Assembly (NCBI GenBank): GCA_946410375.1
Contig: CAMKAB010000001.1
Span: 1-24,080 of the forward strand
DNA from: an uncultured Spirochaetaceae bacterium
GTDB taxonomy: Bacteria > Spirochaetota > Spirochaetia > Sphaerochaetales > Sphaerochaetaceae
Length of the DNA stretch: 24,080 nt
Direction: 5' to 3'
Part shown: positions 1 through 7,143 of the stretch, one piece after another
How the letters are laid out: each line of letters starts with the position of its first letter
Position numbering within the stretch: the first letter of the stretch is position 1
The notes under the pieces: generated by a model
Told to the model about the DNA's origin: nothing
Database searches by the model: none
What the model saw: the letters and a program-made list of their open reading frames with translations, nothing else
Translations under genes and position numbers: made by a program

Positions 1-2
1 TC

Positions 3-1376
3 TCAAATGTTAACACCTACCTTTCCAATTACATTCTGGTAATCATGCTGGTAGGAATCGGTCTTTGGTTCACGATTAGAACCCGTTTCGTTCAAATAAG
101 GTACTTTAGAAAGGGTATCAAACAGGTTTTAGGCGACATTAAACTGAATGGAGAAAAACACAAGTCAGGCATGTCCAGCTATCAGGCCCTCGCAACGGCT
201 ATTGCGGCGCAGGTCGGAACCGGAAACATCGTTGGCGCGTCAGGAGCAATCCTAACCGGCGGTCCCGGGGCGATTTTCTGGATGTGGGTTATCGCGTTTT
301 TCGGTATGGCGACTATTTACAGCGAAGCCACCGTTGCTCAGATCACCCGCGTAAAAGGAGAAGACGAAGAGTTCAGAGGCGGTCCTGTGTACTATATAAC
401 GAGTATTTTCAAAACAGGGTTCGGTAAAGCGCTCGCCACATGGTTCGCTATCGCCGCAATTCTGGCCCTCGGTTTTATGGGTGCTATGGTTCAGAGCAAC
501 TCAATCTCATCAACAATAACGAACGCATTCAACATTCCGTGGTACGTAACCGGAACCGTTTTAGCCCTTCTCTGCTTCATCATTTTCGTAGGAGGACAGA
601 GACGCCTTGCATCGGTAACGGAGAAAATCGTCCCGATAATGGCTGCGCTCTTCATTCTCGGTGCGCTTATAATTCTTTGTGTAAGAATAAAATACATCCC
701 TGCAACTTTCGGCATGATTTTTAAATACGCCTTTAAGCCGGAAGCGATTATCGGCGGAGGTTTCGGTTCAGCAATAAAAATCGCCATAAGTCAGGGTGCG
801 AAGCGAGGTCTTTTCTCAAACGAGGCAGGTATGGGTTCCACTCCGCATGCGCACGCGCTTGCAAATGTTGAGGAACCGCACGAACAGGGAGTTGTGGCTA
901 TGATCGGAGTATTCATCGACACATTTGTGGTGCTCACGTTGAATGCGCTTGTAATCATTTCCACTCTTTACACAAAGGGCGGAATTCTTGAAGGCGGGTA
1001 CGTAGGAAACATTACGAACGTAATCGGAAAATCGAATCTTGCGCAGACTGCGTTCGGAACAGTTTTCGGCAGTACTTTCGGCAACGCTTTTGTAGCCGTG
1101 TGCCTTTTCTTCTTCGCTTTCTCAACCATCCTTTCATGGAACCTCTTCGGAAAGATAAATATGGACTGGCTTTGCGGTAAGAAGAGCATTGTGATTTACC
1201 AGATTATTGCAATACTTTTCATCTTCCTAGGCACGAAATTGCAGAATGATACTGTTTGGGAACTAACGGACATGTTCAACAACCTGATGGTTCTTCCCAA
1301 CGTGATTGCGCTCTTTGCACTCACAATGGTGGTCTTAAAGTCAATTCAGAACCATGAAAGAGGGAAGTTGAAGTAA
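3..1376 (+). CDS. Alanine/glycine:cation symporter (AGCS family), 5'-truncated by the window edge
   Basis: The frame is open from position 3 (SNVNTYLSNYILVI-MLVG...), so the true start lies upstream of the window. It contains the AGCS motifs AAQVGTGNIVG, GGPGAIFWMW, GGPVYYI, GAKRGLFSNEAGMGS, GVFIDT and FFAFSTILSW, plus many hydrophobic helices. Confidence 0.93.
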   Translation, partial: SNVNTYLSNYILVIMLVGIGLWFTIRTRFVQIRYFRKGIKQVLGDIKLNGEKHKSGMSSYQALATAIAAQVGTGNIVGASGAILTGGPGAIFWMWVIAFFGMATIYSEATVAQITRVKGEDEEFRGGPVYYITSIFKTGFGKALATWFAIAAILALGFMGAMVQSNSISSTITNAFNIPWYVTGTVLALLCFIIFVGGQRRLASVTEKIVPIMAALFILGALIILCVRIKYIPATFGMIFKYAFKPEAIIGGGFGSAIKIAISQGAKRGLFSNEAGMGSTPHAHALANVEEPHEQGVVAMIGVFIDTFVVLTLNALVIISTLYTKGGILEGGYVGNITNVIGKSNLAQTAFGTVFGSTFGNAFVAVCLFFFAFSTILSWNLFGKINMDWLCGKKSIVIYQIIAILFIFLGTKLQNDTVWELTDMFNNLMVLPNVIALFALTMVVLKSIQNHERGKLK

Positions 1377-1411
1377 TTTCCAGGTTCGTACAAATTAAAG
1401 TAATAATACTG

Positions 1412-1459
1412 CGGAACTGAGATTCCTTTTTTAAAGGAAATCACGGTTCCGTTTTTTTT
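1412..1459 (+). terminator. Intrinsic terminator after the symporter
   Basis: Imperfect long stem CGGAAC..GATTCCTT / AAGGAAATC..GTTCCG followed by a T8 run, about 35 nt after the stop codon. Confidence 0.75.
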
Positions 1460-1717
1460 AAACTGCTTTTTAAGAAAATGCTCTGCTGTATATCGGTAAT
1501 TATTTTCCTGGTGAAAAAAGAAGAACAATTTCGGAGTTTTTCAAAAATCTTGGTATTCTGTCTTTTCAGACAAAAACTGTAGTTTATAATATTTTACAGT
1601 AAAAAATAATTTTGTACGACCGGAGTTAAATATCCGCAAAATTCACAGCACCACCGCTTTCGGTAAAATCCGAGCGCTTCAATGTATGGTTCAGATATTC
1701 GGAAACAACGTTTTCCT

Positions 1718-2650
1718 CTAGTTGCAAAATTTTTTCGCTTCTTCCTCGGACAATCCCGTCAATTTACAGATTTCCGGCATATCATACCCCAAAGATTTCA
1801 AATTTTTCGCAATACCGGAATAGGCTTCTGTTTTACCCTCGGCAAGACCAGTGGCTCTGCCTTCAGCAAGACCGCGAGCGTGAGATTCCATGCGAATTTG
1901 ATTTTCATACATTCTGAGCTCTTCTTCATCAGATATTGCCGCCTTGAAGTAATTGAACACTTCCCCTTTCCTCCTCATAAAGTACTCTATCAGCACCCCG
2001 TCTTCTTCACACCGAGCGATTATCCTTTGCAATGTCTCCAACGTCCTGCCTGTTTTCCGCACTTCCTCGTTCTCTATCTGTGCGAATTTCAGGTACTGAT
2101 TCACTATGTCCGCCCTGTTATTGCAACGAGACTTATTCGTAGTATTTATAATTCTGATTCTAACATCAATGTCAGTTTCTTTTCCATCGAAAAAAGACTC
2201 TTTCAGGCTGATTGTTTCCTTATCTGTCTTCTTATCCCCTGCGTATATCACATAAAGTTCAGGAGTCGGAATAGAAACCTTAGCCGAGCCGTACAGATTA
2301 AGATTCTTTTCCGCCACGTACTCCCTGATTGTTTCCGCAATGTAAAAGAGCATCCTTATCAGAATATTCTCCGACCATGTGCTCTGCTCTTCCACAAGGA
2401 TTATCAGCTTATCGCGAACAAGGAAGCCTAAATCGTTGTACTCGCTGTTTACAAAAGAAGACTTCTGAGTGATGTTTCTGATATCCTCTTCCGTTGTAAG
2501 CGTATCTTCAGGATGAAGGGCCTTGTAAAGTTCAAAAGTAAACTCTTTTATGCCGAATAAGTCAGTGAATACAAAATCCTTGATGTTCCGTTTAAGATAC
2601 TTCCGCTTAAAGGAGTTTTTCTTTGTCATTTCCGTAATAATCTCCGCCAT
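1718..2650 (-). CDS. Rpn family recombination-promoting nuclease / putative transposase (PD-(D/E)XK)
   Basis: Motifs KDFVFTDLFG, DLGFLVRDKLIILVEEQST..NILIRMLFY, PTPELYVIYAG and the typical C-terminal tail ARGLAEGRATGLAEGK..IAKNLKSLG..ICKLTGLSEEE. I placed the start at ATG 2650 because GGAGG lies 6 nt upstream; the ORF track starts at 2737. Confidence 0.88.
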   Translation of the reverse strand: MAEIITEMTKKNSFKRKYLKRNIKDFVFTDLFGIKEFTFELYKALHPEDTLTTEEDIRNITQKSSFVNSEYNDLGFLVRDKLIILVEEQSTWSENILIRMLFYIAETIREYVAEKNLNLYGSAKVSIPTPELYVIYAGDKKTDKETISLKESFFDGKETDIDVRIRIINTTNKSRCNNRADIVNQYLKFAQIENEEVRKTGRTLETLQRIIARCEEDGVLIEYFMRRKGEVFNYFKAAISDEEELRMYENQIRMESHARGLAEGRATGLAEGKTEAYSGIAKNLKSLGYDMPEICKLTGLSEEEAKKFCN

Positions 2651-3109
2651 ACGAGACCTCCGAGTGAATAATTTGAGTTTCAAAAAGCGAACCTTAGACC
2701 TCAAGGAAACAACCTGAAAACCGTAAAAAAACGACAAGCTTTAGAATCCGTCCGTCGGTTAAATAACGACTAAGCAGGTCGCTTCAAAAAGTCGAAAGCA
2801 CCGCTTAAAAAAACTCTTCACCTGAGTAATCCATATGAAGTTGGAAATTTATTAAATTTTTCGGGTCAAAATAACACAAAAACCAGCAAATTATGTGAAG
2901 ATTGTATGAAGTTTCAGAGTTTACAGCACATACGATAAAGTTAAAATGTATTTTAACCGACAAAAATTCAAAAATATAAGGGATAAACAGATAAAGCCAA
3001 AATTCAAGCACAAATCGGCAAATTCACAAATCAAAAAACCAAAACTGCAAGCCGGAAAAATCATCAAACAAAAACCCGAAACCGACAAGCTCATAAATCC
3101 AAAACAGAC

Positions 3110-3142
3110 AAAAAAATGCACCGATTCCGAAGGCGCAGTGCA
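3110..3142 (-). terminator. Probable intrinsic terminator/hairpin downstream of the DUF1566-like lipoprotein gene
   Basis: Minus strand reads TGCAC-TGCGCCTTCGGAATCG-GTGCA-TTTTTTT, starting about 23 nt after the stop codon. Confidence 0.55.
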
Positions 3143-3165
3143 CTTGAAATAGTTAAAAATTGGTA

Positions 3166-3771
3166 TTAAAAAGCCCGCACAGGACGCACATGATAGTAGT
3201 AGTAGTTCCGGTCGTTGGGGACCTGATATCCACTCCCGAAATACTGTATCCACGCATAGCCGTTGAAGTTGTCCCTGGACTCACTGCTACACCAGTACAA
3301 AACGTCTTTAAAGTCTCCTATGCCTTTCTTTTTCAAATTCTCATACATCAATTTAAGCTCATCCAAACTCGGCAAGAACCAATCTGAATAACCTCCCCTG
3401 GCATACACCACGCACGCCATAGCGGCGTTGTCTTTGCTTTCATTGCTTGCATTATTCACTATTATGTTGGTATTATTTCGTCCTTCTCCAATTCCTGTCT
3501 TTGTCCCGAATTCTCCATCGTCACCCCAAACACACTCTACAAGTAAATCCTCAGGAGCCGCTTCCAAGTATCTCCAGCCGCACTCTGAGGATTTCAACCC
3601 ATCCGCATTTCCGCTCTCATTATCCGCATCGCAATCGTAAAAAACATATCCCCCCGCCGGACCTCGACTTCCAATTCTAAACGATTCAGAACCGGAACCA
3701 TGCTTTGAACATGTAATCATGAAAAACAGAAATAGAACCGAAAAAAAACTAAATATAAAAATTTTTTTCAT
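3166..3771 (-). CDS. Predicted lipoprotein with a C-terminal DUF1566/Lcl-type C-type-lectin-fold domain; candidate DGR variable protein
   Basis: Signal peptide MKK + hydrophobic core + FMIT-C. The body has GPAGGYVFYD..RYLEAAP..W and DWFLPSLDEL..Y, and the end has YWCSSE..AW.QYF.SG.Q....R......VRPVRAF. GAGG lies upstream of the ATG. Confidence 0.8.
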   Translation of the reverse strand: MKKIFIFSFFSVLFLFFMITCSKHGSGSESFRIGSRGPAGGYVFYDCDADNESGNADGLKSSECGWRYLEAAPEDLLVECVWGDDGEFGTKTGIGEGRNNTNIIVNNASNESKDNAAMACVVYARGGYSDWFLPSLDELKLMYENLKKKGIGDFKDVLYWCSSESRDNFNGYAWIQYFGSGYQVPNDRNYYYYHVRPVRAF

Positions 3772-3826
3772 AAAACCTCACACATTACCTAAAACGGATC
3801 TTAATTATCACAAAGTCTAATATGCC

Positions 3827-4258
3827 TTATCTTACAAAATACAAGTCGTCCTGACCGTCTGCGGAAACAAGAGTCCATCCACGACTTGCAATGTAATTGA
3901 TTATAGCCCCATAAATGTAATAGCTCCCGCTTGAATTAGAGGCTCCGTAAGATTGCGCTCCAGGCATAACATTGCTTATAAAATTAGAATTTGCCTTTAT
4001 CTTAATCATTCCGCCATCTCTTAATGCTTTATCAACCTGTTCTATATCCGAAGTATTGTTATCGTAATCAGATGCTATAGAAACGTATAAAAGCTCTCCA
4101 TATTTGTGCACCTGTCTGTGCATCAAATACGTCCATTCTCCTAGATATTCTAATCTTTTGTTTTGATTAAAACATAAAACAGCCAACAAAACTAAGTTTG
4201 TCACTGCCAAACAAGTTAAAATCACTAAGATTTTTTTTAGAAATTTTCCCACAATCAA
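3827..4258 (-). CDS. Hypothetical protein with one N-terminal transmembrane helix
   Basis: 143-codon ORF with a TTG start (GTG is an alternative). Hydrophobic segment ILVILTCLAVTNLVLLAVLCF. The C-terminal INYIASRGWTLVS resembles the DUF4177-like 'N..G..GWELV' motif. Confidence 0.65.
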   Translation of the reverse strand: MIVGKFLKKILVILTCLAVTNLVLLAVLCFNQNKRLEYLGEWTYLMHRQVHKYGELLYVSIASDYDNNTSDIEQVDKALRDGGMIKIKANSNFISNVMPGAQSYGASNSSGSYYIYGAIINYIASRGWTLVSADGQDDLYFVR

Positions 4259-4360
4259 ACGCTTCTTTTCTTACGTTCAGACAATTTTCACAGCCGTATT
4301 CTGTCTTTCTCTATCCTGTCTTTCTCTAAAAGATATCAGATATCCTTAAAACCCGTTTTT

Positions 4361-4729
4361 TCAAATCCTTATCCAATTACCGTAAGTTGTTATTTTATTT
4401 GATTTGTTCGCCGGGTATATCAGCACATCTTGAATTTGTTCAAATTCTAAAACATATCCAGCTGGGTTGATCCCTTTAATTTTAATAGTCGTCAGATGAT
4501 ATTTGCCCTTTTCCGTGCCTTTGCTAGCCGGCGTATCAGTCCAAAAACAATCAAATTCGCCGTCTACCTTTTTTTCTGAATCGGTAATTATTGCAATTCC
4601 TATGTTCTCATGTTTTTTTCCTTTTCCATAAACACTATAATAGGAACATTCTTCTACGCTTTTTATCAGCCGGATTTCAACTACGTCATTATCTTTCATA
4701 TTAAAATTAGTGTAATTTCCGCTTATCAT
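4361..4729 (-). CDS. Hypothetical protein
   Basis: 122-aa ORF with AAGGAG 8 nt upstream of the ATG. It starts 20 nt after the upstream stop codon and is co-oriented with its neighbours. Confidence 0.7.
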   Translation of the reverse strand: MISGNYTNFNMKDNDVVEIRLIKSVEECSYYSVYGKGKKHENIGIAIITDSEKKVDGEFDCFWTDTPASKGTEKGKYHLTTIKIKGINPAGYVLEFEQIQDVLIYPANKSNKITTYGNWIRI

Positions 4730-4749
4730 CTACGCTTCTCCTTTTGCTT

Positions 4750-4968
4750 TCATTCTTCCTGCTCAACTTCCTTGGGAAATGTCACACACGAATTCGGACC
4801 ATACTCACTCTCAATCAAAAGTTTGGCTTTCAGTGCGTTTTCCGCCTCAACACGCACTTCTATGGTTTGCGTATGAAATCCGCTATTAAACAAACCCGTA
4901 TATCTCACTGAGGATTTTGCAAAACGCACACGAGCCTTAAACAACCTTATTAGTGATTCTTCTTCCAT
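4750..4968 (-). CDS. Small hypothetical protein
   Basis: MEEESLIRLF...VRVEAENALKAKLLIESEYGPNSC. The start overlaps the end of the upstream gene (likely translational coupling); an alternative ATG is at 4986. Confidence 0.6.
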   Translation of the reverse strand: MEEESLIRLFKARVRFAKSSVRYTGLFNSGFHTQTIEVRVEAENALKAKLLIESEYGPNSCVTFPKEVEQEE

Positions 4969-5192
4969 TCTTTTGCTGGATCCCATTTATATCCGCAACG
5001 CAGACATGTATACTGTAATTTATTTCTACCCATTAAACCTGCTGCTAATCCGATACCTCCTGTTAATATAGCACCGGTGATAGCTTTGCCTACTCCAAAT
5101 CCTTTTTTTCCGCCTTCGACGTTTTCAGAACCACATCGAGGGCAACGAATCGTCTCGTCCATCTTCTCCTCCGCAAACATTAAATCTTTCAT
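4950..5192 (-). CDS. Small zinc-ribbon protein with a glycine-zipper-like hydrophobic insert
   Basis: CPRC and CLRC pairs flank GFGVGKAITGAILTGGIGLAAGLMG. AAGGA RBS upstream of the ATG. Confidence 0.8.
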   Translation of the reverse strand: MKDLMFAEEKMDETIRCPRCGSENVEGGKKGFGVGKAITGAILTGGIGLAAGLMGRNKLQYTCLRCGYKWDPAKEWKKNH

Positions 5193-5203
5193 GGAACATT
5201 CCT

Positions 5204-5253
5204 TTTAGTCCGGTCTGTCAAGACCGGACTAAATAGATTGTAAATCTATTTAG
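5204..5253. repeat. Two overlapping perfect inverted repeats
   Basis: First: TTTAGTCCGGTCT(5204-5216)-GTCA-AGACCGGACTAAA(5221-5233), 13 bp. Second: CTAAATAGATT(5229-5239)-GTA-AATCTATTTAG(5243-5253), 11 bp. They share 5229-5233. Confidence 0.9.
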
Positions 5254-5541
5254 ATTTTTACTTATCAAACAGCAATATATATGCAACTATCATAGTTTAT
5301 GTTCAAAATTTCAGGATTTAAAACTGCATTCAGTCTCATTGCTGTTCTGTATAAAAGGCCGTCGACAATATCAGGCTCGTCAAAAGAATCGGCTACGGCT
5401 ACAGAGATGAGGACTATTTCTTCACCCTCATCAGGTACATGTCAATCCCTGCTGTCAGATTTCAATCCCCGAGAAAAACGTGAAGAGCCTCTTTTTACAC
5501 TATTTGCACTAGCTACCCTTCATCATATTCCCCATTCAGAC

Positions 5542-5571
5542 AAAAAAAACTGCCATGCCGAAGCATGGCAG
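5542..5571 (-). terminator. Intrinsic terminator after ygeW
   Basis: Minus strand reads CTGCCATGC-TTCG-GCATGGCAG-TTTTTTTT: a perfect 9-bp stem with a cUUCGg loop. Confidence 0.92.
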
Positions 5572-5638
5572 CGTTTGAAAATCCCGTTCAGGGAATTTCA
5601 ATCAACGTAATAAAGAATTCAAGTCAAACCGCTTAAAA

Positions 5639-6832
5639 TCAGCTGTTCTTTCTCTTTGTATCAGCAGCATCCAACTCTAAGAGCTTGCTCACAGGGTCTT
5701 TTACCTGAGCCATGAAAATCATTGCTGCAATGATATACGGCTTATAGGAAGCCTGCTTGTAAAGCGGATCAAGGTATCTGTCAAATACCGAGTTGTCCAC
5801 CTCGCCTTCCTTACAAGAAAGACCGGTGATGTCAGCAGGCAAGCAGTGGAGATAGAGAGCCTTTCCGTCTTTAGTCAGCTTCATCATCTCTTCGGTGCAA
5901 GCCCAGTCCTTGTGCTCTGCGTTCTGCGCCAAGAGCTTCTTTTCAAGAGCATCAATACCAGCCTTGTCTCCCGCCTGATAGAGCTTTGTTCTCTCTTCCA
6001 TAGCCTTGAACGGAGCCCAGCTCTTCGGATAAACAATATCCGCATCCTTGAATGCTTCCTTCATGTCGTGAGTAATCCTGAACTTAGCACCGGACTTCTT
6101 GCAGTTCTCTTCCGCAACCTTAACGACTTCTTCCATAACCTCGTATCCTTCCGGATAAGCAAGAGTTACGTCCATACCGAATCTTGTGAAAAGACCGATA
6201 ACGCCCTGAGGAACTGAAAGCGGCTTTCCGTAAGAAGGAGAATACGCCCATGTCATTGCGACTTTCTTACCCTTGAGGTTCTCTTTTCCGCCGAACTGGT
6301 GGATTACGTGAAGCATATCAGCCATGCACTGGGTAGGATGATCAACATCGCACTGAAGGTTTACGAGAGTAGGTCTCTGCTCCAGGATTCCATGTCTGTA
6401 ACCGTACTCGCATGCGTCAATGAACGTCTTCTGGTACTTATGACCTTCTCCGATGAACATATCATCTCTGATACCGATAACGTCAGCCATGAAAGACACC
6501 ATATTAGCTGTCTCACGAACTGTCTCGCCATGTGCAATCTGAGACACTTTCTCATCAAGAACCTGCTCCTCAAGACCCAAGAGGTTACAAGCGGATGCGA
6601 AGCTGAAACGTGTTCTTGTTGAGTTATCTCTGAAAATCGAAATTCCGAGACCGCTGTCAAAAATTCTCGTGCTCTTGTTTCTCTCGCGAAGATCGCGGAG
6701 AGCGTCCGCAACAGTGAAGATAGCATCAAGCTCTTCATCTGTCTTGTCCCATGTCCAATAGAAGTCATTCTTGTACATGTTGTTGATATGAAGCGTTTCC
6801 AGATGTCTGGCGAGTTCTACTGTTTTACTCAT
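5639..6832 (-). CDS. ygeW: YgeW-type (knotted) carbamoyltransferase of the purine catabolism cluster
   Basis: IFRDNSTRTRFSF carbamoyl-phosphate site, QIAHGETVRETANM, NLQCDVDHPTQ, AMTWAYSPSYGKPLSVPQG, VYPKSW and YLHCLPAD. AGGAG RBS. Confidence 0.93.
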   Translation of the reverse strand: MSKTVELARHLETLHINNMYKNDFYWTWDKTDEELDAIFTVADALRDLRERNKSTRIFDSGLGISIFRDNSTRTRFSFASACNLLGLEEQVLDEKVSQIAHGETVRETANMVSFMADVIGIRDDMFIGEGHKYQKTFIDACEYGYRHGILEQRPTLVNLQCDVDHPTQCMADMLHVIHQFGGKENLKGKKVAMTWAYSPSYGKPLSVPQGVIGLFTRFGMDVTLAYPEGYEVMEEVVKVAEENCKKSGAKFRITHDMKEAFKDADIVYPKSWAPFKAMEERTKLYQAGDKAGIDALEKKLLAQNAEHKDWACTEEMMKLTKDGKALYLHCLPADITGLSCKEGEVDNSVFDRYLDPLYKQASYKPYIIAAMIFMAQVKDPVSKLLELDAADTKRKNS

Positions 6833-6852
6833 TTAATTATTTCTCCTATAAA

Positions 6853-6875
6853 GGGGCTTCCGCAGGGGACGCCCC
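6853..6875 (-). other. GC-rich stem-loop immediately upstream of the ygeW RBS
   Basis: Minus strand reads GGGGC-GTCC-CCTGC-GGAA-GCCCC followed by TTTATAGGAG. Confidence 0.5.
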
Positions 6876-6990
6876 GTACTAAAATTTAAACTAAAATTCT
6901 CCGTTTTTGCGAAAAACCGGCGCGAACCCTGCTCAGAACGTTTCCGATGTCCGCAAGCAAAGTTTCCGTCCATTCGGCGTGTACCCGCGA

Positions 6991-7137
6991 CCCCGAAGAA
7001 GCCCGCGTAAAGACGGCGCCTATATTCGCACTCCGGTTTTCTGCGAAGAGGGGTGCCGGATTCATGCGGGCAATGAGGGGATAGTACTCATGTACAGCCC
7101 CGAAGAAGCCCGCGTAAAGACGGCGCTTATATTCGCA
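6991..7137. repeat. 40-bp direct repeat pair in the ygeY-ygeW gap
   Basis: CCCCGAAGAAGCCCGCGTAAAGACGGCGC(C/T)TATATTCGCA at 6991-7030 and 7098-7137: 39/40 identical, 67 bp apart. Confidence 0.92.
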
Positions 7138-7143
7138 AGAAAA

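Noticed and set aside
3-1376. Symporter as part of the purine pathway
   Set aside because: It is on the opposite strand, has its own terminator and is separated from ygeW by 4 kb of unrelated genes. No sequence evidence links them.
1682-2431. 249-aa plus-strand ORF
   Set aside because: Antisense shadow of rpn with no RBS or recognisable motif.
2805-3165. Short ORFs in the A-rich gap between rpn and the lipoprotein gene; also considered as a DGR template repeat
   Set aside because: The translations are low-complexity and Lys- or Phe-rich, and there is no similarity to the candidate variable region on either strand.
3741-3768. Homopolymer runs (A8, T7) in the lipoprotein signal-peptide codons as a phase-variation switch
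   Set aside because: Runs of this length are common in this AT-rich block and simply encode Lys/Phe.
3166-5253. Integron cassette array
   Set aside because: No integrase is present, the genes overlap or lie about 20-100 bp apart, and there are no repeated attC-like sites between them.
5265-5519. Minus-strand frame with one in-frame TGA (…DSRD*HVPDEGEEIVLISV…CIYIAV) as a possible selenoprotein next to a selenium-linked cluster
   Set aside because: No ATG with a convincing RBS, no recognisable selenoprotein motif or SECIS, and it is bounded by a second TGA. At most an unassignable gene remnant.
6991-7137. CRISPR or IS-end call for the 40-bp repeats
   Set aside because: Only two copies, the 67-bp spacer is too long, the repeats are direct rather than inverted, and no transposase is adjacent.
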